Notes: generated from the sequence alone by a model not told the origin. A stretch of DNA of 64,000 bases from Longimicrobiales bacterium (GCA_965219445.1 CBDCNQ010000005.1:1344001-1408000); one strand, 5' to 3'. Counted from the stretch's first letter, positions 1 to 10,641 are shown. A program made the numbers and translations.

Positions 1-3000
1 TTGTCTAGGGCATCCGTATTGATTCGGCCGCCCCATAATGAGAAATCGACGCGGGCGCGCTGCGTAAAGCCGAGGTTGGCACCCTCCCCCACCGCTCGGC
101 ACCGCAACTCGTCGGAGTTGACCCGAACCGAATCGTTGGGCGGATCACCGGCGTCTGCATTCGATTCGTCAGGGGTCTTCACGTAGGTGCCGACACCTCC
201 GCTCCAAAGCAGATCGGCGGGCGCACGGAGCACGGCCTTGATCAGCGACTCCCCGTCCAGGGCTCCCGAATCGTCCGAAACGCCCAACGCCGTCTTGGCC
301 TCGGGCGTAAGATCCACCTGCTTGGCACCCCGTGGAACGATCATCCCGCCCTCGCTCATGCAACTCCGATCATAGTCCTCCCAGCTCGAGGGCCCGAGAC
401 GAAGGACCCTCTCCCGCTCGCGGAATGCGATCTCCGGATCGGGAGCGGGATCGATGAAGACATGCCGGTGGTCGAACGCAGCGATGAGCTTGATATGCTT
501 GGAGAGGAGCATTCCGTTTCCGAAAACGTCACCACTCATGTCCCCGATGCCCACGACCGTGAAGGGCTCAGACTGAATATCCTTCCCCCGCTCACGGAAG
601 TGGCGCTTCACGCACTCCCAGGCGCCGCGTGCAGTGATCCCGACCGCCTTGTGGTCGTATCCCTTGGACCCTCCCGACGCGAACGCGTCCCCCAGCCAGA
701 ATCCGTATTCAGCCGCGACGGCGTTGGCCACATCGGAATACTGAGCAGTGCCCTTGTCTGCAGCGACCACCAGGTACGGATCGGGCTGGTCCCAGCACAC
801 GACGTTGTCAGGCGCCACTGTCGTGCCGTCAACGTCCAGGTTGTCGGTGAGGTCGAGCAGGCCCCGTATCAAGGTCTCGTATTGTCCCCGGACCTCGTTG
901 GCCATCTCCTCCGGGTCGTCCAGCGTCCGAAGGGTAGTGAAGCCCCCCTTCGACCCGGCCGGGACAATGACCGAATTCTTGACCATCTGTGTGTTGACGA
1001 GTCCGAGGATCTCCGTGCGAAAGTCATCGCGGCGATCACTGTAGCGAATCCCTCCGCGCGCAACGCCCGCCCCACGTAAATGAACCCCCGCAACTCTCGA
1101 GGATCGCACCCACACCTCGTAGAGTAGCTTTGTGGGCGTGATGTCCTGGAGCTGTCGTGCTGCGATCTTGAGCGATATGTACGGCACGCCCCCCGATCGG
1201 TGTGTCGGAGTCCGTCCTCCGTACCGGAAGTAATTCGTGCGTACGGTTGCGGTGAGGAGCGCCGACATCCCTCGAAGCGCCCGATCGTCGGCGAGAAGCG
1301 ACACCGACTGTATGAGATGCGTCAGAAGCGATGTGAGATCGTCGACGAGTTCCCGACGCCGATCGAGGGACCCTCCGTCGTTACCGAACTTCGCCTCGAA
1401 AATATCGAAGAAGACCCGTGCGATACTCGGGTGGGATTGCAGCGCAGTCGGAAGAGAAATGTGACTCGGGACTACGCCCAGCTGGAACGCGTATGCGGCG
1501 TACGCCCGCAGGACGTCCACCTCCCGCCAGGAGAGTCCGGCGAGAAGAACGAGGGCGTTGAGCGTGTCGTTGGTGGCGTCGCCACGCCGCACCGCGAGAA
1601 TGGCCTCGGCAAGCAGTGTCCCGTGGTCGTCGACATCCAGCGGAAATCCCATGGAGTCCTGCACGGAGAAGGAGTAGATGACAGCAGCCAGGGTCTTTGG
1701 ACCGCTGATTGGGTAGGGCGTTACGGCGATCACGCGCAGGCCCGCGTTCTCCAAGATCGGCATGAAGTCCGAGAGGATGAGCCGTTCTCCGCGGAGATAG
1801 AGCTTGAGGTGGGTCGTGGGACCGACGGCCTCGGCGTCAACATCAATCTCCTCGGCGTCACCGTGGTCAGACTCGGGCTGTCCAGGATCGTCCCTGTCCG
1901 GGCCGACTTCATGATTGCGAGAAAGCGAGATCGAGACCATTCGATCGTCGGCTCCCATCGCCTCGAGCTCCAGAATATCCTGAACCGCGACGTCGGGATC
2001 GGTCGACGCCTTGTACTCAGGGCTGAACGCCTCTCCATAGCGTCCCGCGAGACGCTGGGCTTCATCGGCGGGCCGCACACTCTCGAGAGCGCTCCGCACA
2101 CGGTCGGACCAGGATCGAATGATCTCGGTGACCTCAGCCACGAGGTCACGACCCTTCACCCCAGCCACCGACTCCGCGCTGGCAGCCAGATGGAAATGGA
2201 GCCGGGCCTGGTCTCCCTCGCCGAGCGCCAAATGGTAGTTGAGAACTTCAGCCTGAAAACGTTTGATCAGCGCTTCTTCAATAGCCCGGCGGACCTCGCC
2301 TGAAAAGCTCTCCTTCGGAAGGATCACCATGGCCGAAACGCCCCGGCGCAGGGGATCCTCGCGCAAAGTCACGTGAACATCGTCCGTGTGGTACGACGTA
2401 AGCACGGTCTGGATGTCGGCGGCGATCTGGTCGACCGAAGAGAGAAAAAGCTCCTCCTTCGGCATCGAGCTGAAGATCGTGTTGATTTCCTTGTAGTCGT
2501 GCGAACCCTCTTGCGCATCCAAACCCTCGAGGATCACCTGGAGCTTGCGCCGGAGAATGGGAATCCTGTTGGCGTCCTCTCCGAAGGCCTTGGACGTGAA
2601 GAGACCGAAGAAGCGGTGTTCCCCTACGACCTCGCCGTCGGCCGAGAGCTTCTTGACTCCGATGTAGTCCATCCGAGCCAGTCGGTGTACGGTCGAGGGC
2701 TCGTTGGTCTTGGTGATGACCAGATGGGGCCCTCCCGTCACCAGATCCCTGGTGCCCGGATCGGTTTCACTGACGAGAACCGGCTCGGCGAAGGAGGACT
2801 CAGCCTCGTTCCGGAGCACCCCGAGGCCCGACCCCGGTTGCACGACGATCGCGGGACCGGCATCGAGTTCCACGATGTTGTATTCGCGATAGCCCAGAAA
2901 CACGAACGCGCCATCCCGAATCCAGCGTAGGAACGCCTGCACCTCCTCCAACTCTTCACGTAGCTCGGGTAGCAGCCCCACGCTTTCGGCAAGCATGACC

Positions 3001-3617
3001 ACGGTACTATTCACCGCATCGATCATGGGGTGGAAGTCGTCCGTGACTCGGATCACATCCTCGAGGCGCCGGCTCGCCTCGTTCCGGAGGTACTCCTGCA
3101 TACCGGCGTCCATGGTGCGCGTGATCTCACAGTGTACGAAGGACTCGTTGCTCTCACCGTTCTTAGAGGGTCGAACGCTGACGATGTCACCGTTCACGTC
3201 CCTTTCCATGTGTATAACCGGGTAGATGAGATGCTCGATCGACAAGCCTTGATCGTGCAAGAACCCGCGCAGAGAATCCACGATGAAGGGTCGCTCGGAC
3301 ATGCTGGTCCTAAGGACCGTCACCGGCGCATACCAACCCTCGTTTTCCACCTCGGGGTTGAAGACCTCGACGTCGACACGGTCCGGCTGGCTGTTCTGCA
3401 AGAACCGCCACGCACCGAGGGTCACGTGGGCGTGGGTATCCGCACTTCGCGCCTGAAGAAACTGCTTCGGGGCCTTGGAAAGGAAGATCTCGGCGAATGC
3501 GACCACGGACTCCGCCTCGGTCGGATCGACCTGCCGCTCTAGTTGGCGGCAAACCGCGTCGATCGTCGGAAACCCTTCACGGATGCGGCGAACCGTCGCG
3601 CCGGAGGTGTTGCTCAT
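1..3617 (-). CDS. gdhB: Large NAD-specific glutamate dehydrogenase, 3' end runs off the left edge
   Basis: Missing from the ORF track because there is no stop in the window. Read by hand from ATG 3617 (MSNTSGATVRRIREGFPTIDAVC). Contains the family motifs VARGGIRYSDRRDDFRTEILGLVNTQMVKNSVIVPAGSKGGF (~1065-945) and GDMSGDVFGNGMLLSKHIKLIAAFDHRHVFIDP (~545-450). Confidence 0.93.
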   Translation of the reverse strand, partial: MSNTSGATVRRIREGFPTIDAVCRQLERQVDPTEAESVVAFAEIFLSKAPKQFLQARSADTHAHVTLGAWRFLQNSQPDRVDVEVFNPEVENEGWYAPVTVLRTSMSERPFIVDSLRGFLHDQGLSIEHLIYPVIHMERDVNGDIVSVRPSKNGESNESFVHCEITRTMDAGMQEYLRNEASRRLEDVIRVTDDFHPMIDAVNSTVVMLAESVGLLPELREELEEVQAFLRWIRDGAFVFLGYREYNIVELDAGPAIVVQPGSGLGVLRNEAESSFAEPVLVSETDPGTRDLVTGGPHLVITKTNEPSTVHRLARMDYIGVKKLSADGEVVGEHRFFGLFTSKAFGEDANRIPILRRKLQVILEGLDAQEGSHDYKEINTIFSSMPKEELFLSSVDQIAADIQTVLTSYHTDDVHVTLREDPLRRGVSAMVILPKESFSGEVRRAIEEALIKRFQAEVLNYHLALGEGDQARLHFHLAASAESVAGVKGRDLVAEVTEIIRSWSDRVRSALESVRPADEAQRLAGRYGEAFSPEYKASTDPDVAVQDILELEAMGADDRMVSISLSRNHEVGPDRDDPGQPESDHGDAEEIDVDAEAVGPTTHLKLYLRGERLILSDFMPILENAGLRVIAVTPYPISGPKTLAAVIYSFSVQDSMGFPLDVDDHGTLLAEAILAVRRGDATNDTLNALVLLAGLSWREVDVLRAYAAYAFQLGVVPSHISLPTALQSHPSIARVFFDIFEAKFGNDGGSLDRRRELVDDLTSLLTHLIQSVSLLADDRALRGMSALLTATVRTNYFRYGGRTPTHRSGGVPYISLKIAARQLQDITPTKLLYEVWVRSSRVAGVHLRGAGVARGGIRYSDRRDDFRTEILGLVNTQMVKNSVIVPAGSKGGFTTLRTLDDPEEMANEVRGQYETLIRGLLDLTDNLDVDGTTVAPDNVVCWDQPDPYLVVAADKGTAQYSDVANAVAAEYGFWLGDAFASGGSKGYDHKAVGITARGAWECVKRHFRERGKDIQSEPFTVVGIGDMSGDVFGNGMLLSKHIKLIAAFDHRHVFIDPAPDPEIAFRERERVLRLGPSSWEDYDRSCMSEGGMIVPRGAKQVDLTPEAKTALGVSDDSGALDGESLIKAVLRAPADLLWSGGVGTYVKTPDESNADAGDPPNDSVRVNSDELRCRAVGEGANLGFTQRARVDFSLWGGRINTDALD

Positions 3618-4128
3618 GGGTACGCTGGTCTGAGCTTGTTCGCTTTGGGACCGCGATCAATGGAGGAAGTGAAGGCTCTTTCACCGTGCACTTGAAAGAT
3701 AGAGACGCGTGACTGGCCCGTTCAACCCTGATCGGCGCAAGCTCGACCCGTTCAGCCCTGGCCGATGCACACCCGGATCTTCTAGCTTTGAGGGCCGATC
3801 CTCGCTTCGACCTTAGAAGGGTGATCGGAGAGGGGGGTGGGTCGCGCACATGGCGCTTGTGCGCGTTCAGACAAGGAACGACGACGAGGCGTAGCAGAGC
3901 TACTCCGAGGAGGAGAGACGCAGGATCAACCGCACAACCGCCCTGTGCCCACGAACATGAAGGGCATGACCTTCCACGTTGAAGGGTTGCGGTGGCACGA
4001 CCCCATCTCCGTTGTTGGAGCTCCTAGCCGTAGCGAATGCTATGGCGTCGTCGCTCCGCCTAGGAGCTGGGACCGTGGCATCCGCAACGCGAGCCACCCC
4101 CCTCTCCGATCACCCGTCTAGGCACCCG

Positions 4129-5385
4129 ATGCGCTTTCTTCATGCGGCCGACATACATCTGGACTCACCGTGTTCGAGCCGGTCGGAGACGGTCCGCCAA
4201 CAGCTGAGAGCCGCATCTCGCTTGGCCTTTCGGCGACTGGTCGATCTGTCGCTCAGCGAGCGTGTGGATGTCTTGCTGATCGCAGGTGACCTCTTCGACG
4301 ACGAACGGCTCTCGTTTCAGACCGAACGCTTCTTGCTCGAGCAATTGCATCGCCTGGACAGCGAGGGTATTCCGGTCGTCTACGCCACGGGAAACCATGA
4401 TCCGGGACGAGAGGGACTACGCTCCGTCGAATTGCCCTGGCCGAGTAACGTGACCGTTGCTCGAGACAGGACGCCGGTACGCATTGCCATCGAGGATTCC
4501 GGCCGCGAGTCCGGAGGTCGAGCGCCTCGAGGTATGGTTACAGCGGCCGGCCACGAATCCGCGACCGAGGCGGGCGATCTTTCCACGGTCTTTCCAACCC
4601 CGGCGGGCCGTCTCCCCGAGATCGCGGTGCTCCACACCCAGGTCGTAGATTCGCCGGGGTCGGCGGCGCACCAGAGCTACGCGCCATCCCAACTCGAAGG
4701 ACTCCGGACGTCCGGCCACGACTATTGGGCGCTGGGGCACGTCCATAAGCGCTCGGTCCTGTGTGAACACCCTGGCATCCACTACCCGGGGAACCTGCAG
4801 GGGCGCACACATGGAGAACGGGGCGCGAAGGGTTGTCTGCTCGTCGATGTCCACCCGGGAACACCACCTGATGTCGAGTTCAAGAAGCTAGCGCCGATTC
4901 AGTGGGAGGATGTCGAGGTACGCGACCCGTCCGATGCGACGACGCTCGATGCGTTGCTTGAGATGATCGCAGAGGAGTGGTACGGCGTGACCGGGGGTGA
5001 GACCGACACCGACTGGATCGGCCGTATTCGAATCTCGGGCGCGACGCCTCTGTGGCGGGAGTTGTCCCAGGACGACGACCAGAACCATCTTCGCGACGAA
5101 CTCGCGTACCGTCTCGGTCTGTTGGATCTGACGCTCGAGCTCGGAAGCCTTTACCCCGTAGTTCAACCCGACGAGCACCGAGCGCGCGAAGACGTTCTCG
5201 GCCAGACTTTGCGGCTGGTACAAGACGTCCGCTCCGGCGCCGCCAGCCTCACCGGTCTTTCGCCCGAGCAGCTCATAGGGCTCGACGAGCCCGAGCGGCT
5301 CCACGAATACGTCCAGGAACTCCTCGACGACGGTGATGTGGAGATCCTCGCCAGGATGCGCAAACGCGTGGCGGAGGGTCGATGA
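4129..5385 (+). CDS. Metallophosphoesterase / DNA repair exonuclease, SbcD/Mre11-like (YhaO family)
   Basis: MRFLHAADIHLD, LIAGDLFD, GNHD and YWALGHVH motifs. ATGA overlap with the downstream ATPase. Confidence 0.9.
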   Translation: MRFLHAADIHLDSPCSSRSETVRQQLRAASRLAFRRLVDLSLSERVDVLLIAGDLFDDERLSFQTERFLLEQLHRLDSEGIPVVYATGNHDPGREGLRSVELPWPSNVTVARDRTPVRIAIEDSGRESGGRAPRGMVTAAGHESATEAGDLSTVFPTPAGRLPEIAVLHTQVVDSPGSAAHQSYAPSQLEGLRTSGHDYWALGHVHKRSVLCEHPGIHYPGNLQGRTHGERGAKGCLLVDVHPGTPPDVEFKKLAPIQWEDVEVRDPSDATTLDALLEMIAEEWYGVTGGETDTDWIGRIRISGATPLWRELSQDDDQNHLRDELAYRLGLLDLTLELGSLYPVVQPDEHRAREDVLGQTLRLVQDVRSGAASLTGLSPEQLIGLDEPERLHEYVQELLDDGDVEILARMRKRVAEGR

Positions 5386-8075
5386 AGCTCGAGCGGATCC
5401 AGGCCCGGGCGTTCGGACGATTCGAAGATTTCGATTCGGGATCCGCTCCGCTGGGTGACCTCAACGTGGTAATAGGCCCGAACGAGGCGGGAAAAACGAC
5501 GTTCTTCCACATTCTGCACTCGATCATCTTCGGCCTGTATCCCGCCGCCAAGGACCAGCACCCATATACCCCCTGGAGTGGCCGCGACCTCGACGTGGAA
5601 GCGAAGGTACGGCTCGACAGCGGGGAAGAATGGACCATCCAAAGGAAACTGGTCGGATCTCCCATAGCGCGGCTGACGCGAAACGGAGGCGTCGAAAACC
5701 TCCGAAACCAGACCCTGGCATGCGCGAACCATGTGACGCGAGAGGTCTTCCACCAGGTCTTCGCTTTGACGCTCATGGAAGTCACCTCACTCGAGTCCCA
5801 CGCCTGGTCTGAGATCCAGGACCGGCTGATCGGCGGAATGGGGGCCCGTGACCTGGTACCGACTCGCTCAGTGGCCGAGGCGTTAGAGACAGAAGCCGGA
5901 CGTCTCTGGCGCCCGAGCCGCCGGGGAACACAAGAGATCCGCGTCCTCCGGGAGCGGATTCGCGGCGCCAGGGCTGCGCGTAGCGAGGCCCTCGAAGCCG
6001 ATCACGTCCTACGAGAGTCGATGCGGGAGTTGGAGCAGGCAGAGGAGACGCTCAGAGCCACACGCGCCGAAAGAAAGCAGAAGCGCCTCCTGATCGAACG
6101 GATCACACAACTTCTTCCCATCCGGAAGCGATTGGATCAGGCCGCGAGCCTCGAAACGGAGGCCGGACCCCCTGGCGCACTCGACGGCCTCCCCGCCGAT
6201 CCTTCGGCAGAACGCCAACGGCTCGTCCATGAGGTCGCCACGTTGCGTGAACGCCTCGGAAAGACACAGGCCGAGGCGGAGGAGCCTCAGGCGCGGGTCA
6301 AGGCGTTCTCGTCCCACCACCAGGTCCTTCTGGACGCGCGTCGTGGTATCGAGGAGATCAGCGGCGCCGCCGCGGCCGCGGGACCGGTGAGCACCCGCCT
6401 CAGCACTCTCGATCAGGAGATCCGAGATCGGCAACGCCGGATCATGTCGGACACTCCCAAGATCTTCGAACGAACGCTTACTTCTCAGGAGGAATTCACC
6501 CTGCGGACGCTCGAGGTGCGCGATCTCCACGATCGCGTTCGGGACGCCAGCGCCGCCCGGGACCGGGTCCGCGAGCATGCCATTCGTGGAACCCTGGGTG
6601 GAGCGCTGCCGGAAGCGTCCCCAAGTACCCTCGTTGCCGGCCTCGTCGCGGGCGTGGCGGCAGCCGTGTTGCTGGGCTGGCCGGCGGACGTCCCATGGGC
6701 GAGAGGGCTCGGTGTTGTCCTGGCGCTGGCCGCCAGCATGGCGTGCGCTCGTTGGTGGATCCTTCGCCAGGCCCGACGCGACGGTGCCCTCGGAGAGCGT
6801 GCCGGGTCGGATGACGGTGCCAGGCTGACGCGGGAGTCCGAAGAGGCGGCCGCGGTCGTTCAGAATTTCCTCTCAGGCCTGCCCGTTCGTACGGACGTTC
6901 TCGCTGGAGCGGGATCTGAATACGTGACGACGCTCACGCGGCTTCAGGAGTTGCTGGAGGAGCTTGATACACGAACCAGAGAGACGGACGAAGCGAAGGG
7001 CACACTCGAGAGGATCGATGACCGGCTCGTCGATCTCGGCCTCCACCTTGGAGTAGAGCTCCCGCGGGCCAGCGCAGCCGCGATCCACGTTCTCCAGACC
7101 CAGCTGCGGGAGGCGGAGCGGGCGCAGGAGGCATCGAGGGGGGCCAGTGCCGAGCTCGAGCGCCTGAACCGCCGAGAGGCCGAGCTCGAAGCGGAGTTGG
7201 CCAGCCGGACGCAAGCCCTCCAGTCGTTGGACCAGGCGCTCCGCGCTCTGGGTGGTGAGGACGTCGAGGCCAGCCTCGAGGCCGCGATGCGAATGCGGAG
7301 AGCCGGTGAGAAGGCCACGGAACTCCGCGCCGATCTCGAGCGGTCCCATCCAAACCTCGACGCCTTGATCGATCGTCTAGCAGAACTCGACGATGTCGAT
7401 GGGGACCAGGCAGGGGACGACACCCTGGTCCAGACCAAGATCAGGGTCGAGGAGCTGTCGGATGGAATCGAGACGCTGGCTGGGCAGGTCCAGGATCTCC
7501 AGAACAGGTACGAGAGGGCGGCGGAGCGGGCGACGGCAGATCAGATCGATGGGGAGATCGATGCGCTTGGGAACGAGGTGCGGCGTCTCGAGCGCGAGCA
7601 CGACCGCAAGATCGTCCTCGCCCATGCCGTGCGGGAAGCGGATCAACGCTTTCGGGAGGAGAACCAGCCCGACGTCGTTCGTAGAGCCTCCAGCTACCTC
7701 GCCACGGTTACCGACGACCGGTACGACCGCATCATGGTTGGCGACTCCGGTGAGTTCCAGGTCCGACGGTCATGCGACAACGGCGCGGGGGACGCGGGGG
7801 CTACCGTGGCTGCGGACAGCCTCTCCACCGGAGCCAGGGAACAACTCTATCTAGCCATCCGCCTGGCGATCATGAGTCACCTCGACCACGACCGTGAGCG
7901 CCTCCCGGTGTTCATCGATGAGGCCTTCGTAAATTGGGACGCAGCGCGACGGGGGCGGGGCTTTCAGCTGCTGCGAGAGCTCTCTAAGACGAGGCAAGTC
8001 TTTGTGATGACGTGTCACGAACGGTGGGCGGAGGAGTTGATTCACGCGGGCGCGAACCGGGTGGATCTCACATGA
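5382..8075 (+). CDS. SMC/SbcC-like coiled-coil ATPase (YhaN family)
   Basis: Walker A GPNEAGKTT, long coiled coil, LSTGAREQLYLAIRL signature and Walker B VFIDEAF. Confidence 0.88.
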   Translation: MKLERIQARAFGRFEDFDSGSAPLGDLNVVIGPNEAGKTTFFHILHSIIFGLYPAAKDQHPYTPWSGRDLDVEAKVRLDSGEEWTIQRKLVGSPIARLTRNGGVENLRNQTLACANHVTREVFHQVFALTLMEVTSLESHAWSEIQDRLIGGMGARDLVPTRSVAEALETEAGRLWRPSRRGTQEIRVLRERIRGARAARSEALEADHVLRESMRELEQAEETLRATRAERKQKRLLIERITQLLPIRKRLDQAASLETEAGPPGALDGLPADPSAERQRLVHEVATLRERLGKTQAEAEEPQARVKAFSSHHQVLLDARRGIEEISGAAAAAGPVSTRLSTLDQEIRDRQRRIMSDTPKIFERTLTSQEEFTLRTLEVRDLHDRVRDASAARDRVREHAIRGTLGGALPEASPSTLVAGLVAGVAAAVLLGWPADVPWARGLGVVLALAASMACARWWILRQARRDGALGERAGSDDGARLTRESEEAAAVVQNFLSGLPVRTDVLAGAGSEYVTTLTRLQELLEELDTRTRETDEAKGTLERIDDRLVDLGLHLGVELPRASAAAIHVLQTQLREAERAQEASRGASAELERLNRREAELEAELASRTQALQSLDQALRALGGEDVEASLEAAMRMRRAGEKATELRADLERSHPNLDALIDRLAELDDVDGDQAGDDTLVQTKIRVEELSDGIETLAGQVQDLQNRYERAAERATADQIDGEIDALGNEVRRLEREHDRKIVLAHAVREADQRFREENQPDVVRRASSYLATVTDDRYDRIMVGDSGEFQVRRSCDNGAGDAGATVAADSLSTGAREQLYLAIRLAIMSHLDHDRERLPVFIDEAFVNWDAARRGRGFQLLRELSKTRQVFVMTCHERWAEELIHAGANRVDLT

Positions 8076-8959
8076 CATCTCCGCCGGAGTCCGGCGGATA
8101 CGCCCTTCCGCTGCACGTTGAGGAATACGGCGACGGGGACCGGCAGATCATGCTTCTCCATGGCTTTGGTGCGAACTCATACACGTGGCGAGGTTGGATT
8201 GGGGGGCTGGCGAAGGAACACCGGGTATGGTCTGTGGAGCTGAAGGGCCACGGTTCTGCGCCTGCGCCGCCCGACGACCTCTACTCGATCCACGATCATG
8301 CCGACCTCGTGCACCGGCTGATCGTTCAAAAGAATCTCCAGCAACTGACCCTTGTAGGCCATTCCTTGGGTGGGGGCGTGGCACTGCTCGTAGCGCTTCT
8401 ACTCCTCGAGGAGGAGCGCCTGGAACGGCTGATTCTCGTGTCGAGCCCGGCCTACCCACAGCGCCTGCCCCTATTCATCGCCCTGGCCGGGCGAGGGCGC
8501 CTGGCAGAGTGGGGCCTCCGGTTATTCCCGAAGCGTCTCCTCATTCGTTGGGTCCTGCGCTCAATCGTCTTCGACCGGGAGCGTGTGACGGACGCTCAAG
8601 TCGAGGCTTACGCAGAACCACTCTTCAGCCCCGCCCACCGCACGGCACTCATCAAGACCGCTACGCGGATCATACCTCCCGATCTCGTGGACATTACTCG
8701 GCGCATTCCCGAAATCGACCTGCCCACGTTGCTCCTCTGGGGAAGGCACGACTGGGTGGTCCCCCTAGACGTCGCGGAGCGGCTCGTCACAGCCCTTTCA
8801 AGAGCGGAGCTCGAAGTCATGGAAGAATGTGGGCATATGCCTCCGGAGGAGTTGCCGAAGGACTCGCTGGAGATCGTCCTGACGTTTCTCAGGGGCGGAC
8901 AGGGCGATCCGCCGCCACAAACCCGGGACACGTCAGAACCGGCAGAGGCGGATACTTAG
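8072..8959 (+). CDS. Alpha/beta fold hydrolase
   Basis: HGFG oxyanion motif, GHSLGG nucleophile elbow, C-terminal GH. ATGA overlap with the upstream gene. Confidence 0.88.
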   Translation: MTSPPESGGYALPLHVEEYGDGDRQIMLLHGFGANSYTWRGWIGGLAKEHRVWSVELKGHGSAPAPPDDLYSIHDHADLVHRLIVQKNLQQLTLVGHSLGGGVALLVALLLLEEERLERLILVSSPAYPQRLPLFIALAGRGRLAEWGLRLFPKRLLIRWVLRSIVFDRERVTDAQVEAYAEPLFSPAHRTALIKTATRIIPPDLVDITRRIPEIDLPTLLLWGRHDWVVPLDVAERLVTALSRAELEVMEECGHMPPEELPKDSLEIVLTFLRGGQGDPPPQTRDTSEPAEADT

Positions 8960-9095
8960 GGAAGCGTGTGTCCTCCGTCGAAAGTGCACAGCGGTAAAAA
9001 ATCGATCCCCGCCGATTCTCGATGCGCCGGGCGAAAGTGCACGTACTGCACAGACCCACGGTGCGGCGTCCCCCACCCGCATCCTTTGGGTTCAT
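8889..9095 (-). CDS. Small Cys-rich hypothetical protein (68 aa)
   Basis: C-terminal part of ORF 8889..9425 from ATG 9095: VGLCSTC...GSIFYRC...FPKYPPLPVLTCPGF. Four Cys suggest metal binding. Overlaps the hydrolase 3' end convergently. Confidence 0.55.
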   Translation of the reverse strand: MNPKDAGGGRRTVGLCSTCTFARRIENRRGSIFYRCALSTEDTRFPKYPPLPVLTCPGFVAADRPVRP

Positions 9096-9296
9096 GGCCG
9101 GATGCCCAGGAAGGCTACCTGCCGTTCGGATCGTCCTCCGCGATGAGAGAATAGGTTTCCGTTCCCACAGAGCGTGCACAGGTCGGAGACGGTAATGCAC
9201 TCGGGCGGTACACCGGAGGCCTTCGCCTGTTGGGCCAGCATTCGCTATCCGGTTCGGATCTGTTGTGATCATTGAACTTACGGGGTTCGCTGGCCG

Positions 9297-9324
9297 GATT
9301 CCCGCCAATTGATTCCCGCCAATT
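9297..9324. repeat. 14-bp perfect tandem duplication
   Basis: GATTCCCGCCAATT occurs twice back to back (9297-9310, 9311-9324). Confidence 0.8.
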
Positions 9325-9423
9325 GGATCAGCGGCGAACTCTGCGGCGGCTGGCGAGCGCCTGCCTGAGCTGTCCCTCGTCGGCCCGCTGGTAGCGCAGA
9401 CTGCCAAAGCTCCGAATCGCGGC

Positions 9424-9650
9424 AAGAATCATGATGGATCTTATAAGTTACTGTGGTACCACGATATACATATGCTATCTCTTTGGTTGTCCCCTTTTCA
9501 TACCCATTTTTAGGAACTGGATTCCAAACGACCCTAGCGGACCTTGGCGGACACGTCGGCCACCCGATTGCCATCTTTGACTACCTACCCAACCTCACTG
9601 AGCGCCATGTCACCCCCATTGGCGTCGGCTGTCGGGCGACTCCGCTTCAG
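9424..9650. repeat. Left copy of a 227-bp inverted repeat (probable integrative-element end)
   Basis: Reverse complement matches 12754-12980 with two mismatches seen. The outer part is AT-rich, with a TGGGTATGAAAAGGGGAC motif resembling integrase arm-type sites. Confidence 0.9.
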
Positions 9651-9651
9651 C

Positions 9652-9842
9652 CGATGTCGAATGCAAATTGGCGAGCTGCCGAGGGGATGGTGAAGGAGCG
9701 AAGCGTGCCGGAGGGTGGATTGTCGATGGCCCCTGTCCTCTCTGATTGCGGACTACAATAGATGGTTAGTGTTTCAGATCACTCCGCGTTGCCACGGCTC
9801 GCGGCGATCTGTTCTCGGATCCACGCATCCACTTCGGACTCG
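9652..9842. repeat. First copy of a 191-bp direct repeat (3' end of alpA plus downstream DNA)
   Basis: Identical by eye to 12066-12256. Confidence 0.9.
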
Positions 9843-10006
9843 ATCCAGCCGACGGCGCGCGCGCCTAGCCGGATCGGTTGGGGAAAGCTCCCGTCGGCCA
9901 CCCGCACGTAGATCGTGCTCCGCGCCAGCCCGGTGCGGGCCTGCACTCGAGGTAACCGCAGGACGCGCGCGGGCGCGTCCATGCCCTGTTCCATTGCTCT
10001 GGTCAT
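9779..10006 (-). CDS. AlpA family phage regulator / excisionase-like protein
   Basis: RVLRLPRVQARTGLARSTIYVRVADGSFPQPIRLGARAVGWIESEVDAWIREQI is a typical AlpA sequence. Confidence 0.9.
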   Translation of the reverse strand: MTRAMEQGMDAPARVLRLPRVQARTGLARSTIYVRVADGSFPQPIRLGARAVGWIESEVDAWIREQIAASRGNAE

Positions 10007-10269
10007 CGGTCTGCCTCCGTTCTGTTCGGTGAAGAATTCCGGGGCGCGTTGCCCCGGGAGGGAACAGGGGCCACATGGGCCTGGCGGCAGGCTTCGATGA
10101 ACACGGGGACCTGGCAGGCCATCGCCAGCCTCGGTGATCGGCCAGGACGGAGCTGACGCACCGGGTTGAGATAGCCCACCGCCTGCAGGTCGAACGTCGA
10201 CGGCTTCAGGCCCGTGCGCTCGAGGGATGCATCCACTCGCGATTCGAAGTGCTTCGTCAGCGTCTCCAT
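10003..10269 (-). CDS. Small putative DNA-binding protein of the mobile element, possibly degenerate
   Basis: METLTKHFESRVDASLERTGLKPSTFDLQAVG...GRSPRL. Its stop overlaps the alpA start (ATGA). Confidence 0.5.
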   Translation of the reverse strand: METLTKHFESRVDASLERTGLKPSTFDLQAVGYLNPVRQLRPGRSPRLAMACQVPVFIEACRQAHVAPVPSRGNAPRNSSPNRTEADR

Positions 10270-10641
10270 GGCAGTTGGGGTCGAGATCCGGCATGTGAGG
10301 ACCCGTTCATGCACTGCGGCGCGTGGCCGAGCGCGACCGGATGCCGCCTCGGAGGGTGGTGCTAAGTGAGTCGAGGGCCGGCCGACGGATCGCGGCGAAG
10401 GGCTGCACCGTGCGGTGCATTGACATCGATGCCGGCAGGGCGGCCAGTGCGGGCGGCCGCGACTAGAAGCTGACACCACAGGGGAGCCATGAGATGTTTC
10501 GACCGCAGGATCGAACCGGGCCTGCGGCCGGCCGCGCGACAAAGCCGCGCTGGCCCACCGCATGCGGGACGGCCATCGCCCGGAGTACGACGCTCGCAAG
10601 GACACGCGGCGCGCCGGGGACACTACTCGAACTGTCCGCGT

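Noticed and set aside
462..3542. Several long plus-strand ORFs
   Set aside because: Antisense shadows of gdhB, which the ORF track missed because it has no stop in the window.
3618..4128. 510-bp intergenic region as a riboswitch or small gene
   Set aside because: I could not support any recognisable motif, strong structure or credible ORF by eye.
4129..8075. Nuclease + SMC ATPase pair as a novel defence system
   Set aside because: Matches the widespread YhaO/YhaN arrangement, has host-like GC and no accessory genes.
9297..9324. Tandem repeat as a CRISPR array or iteron
   Set aside because: Only two adjacent 14-bp units, with no spacers and no cas genes.
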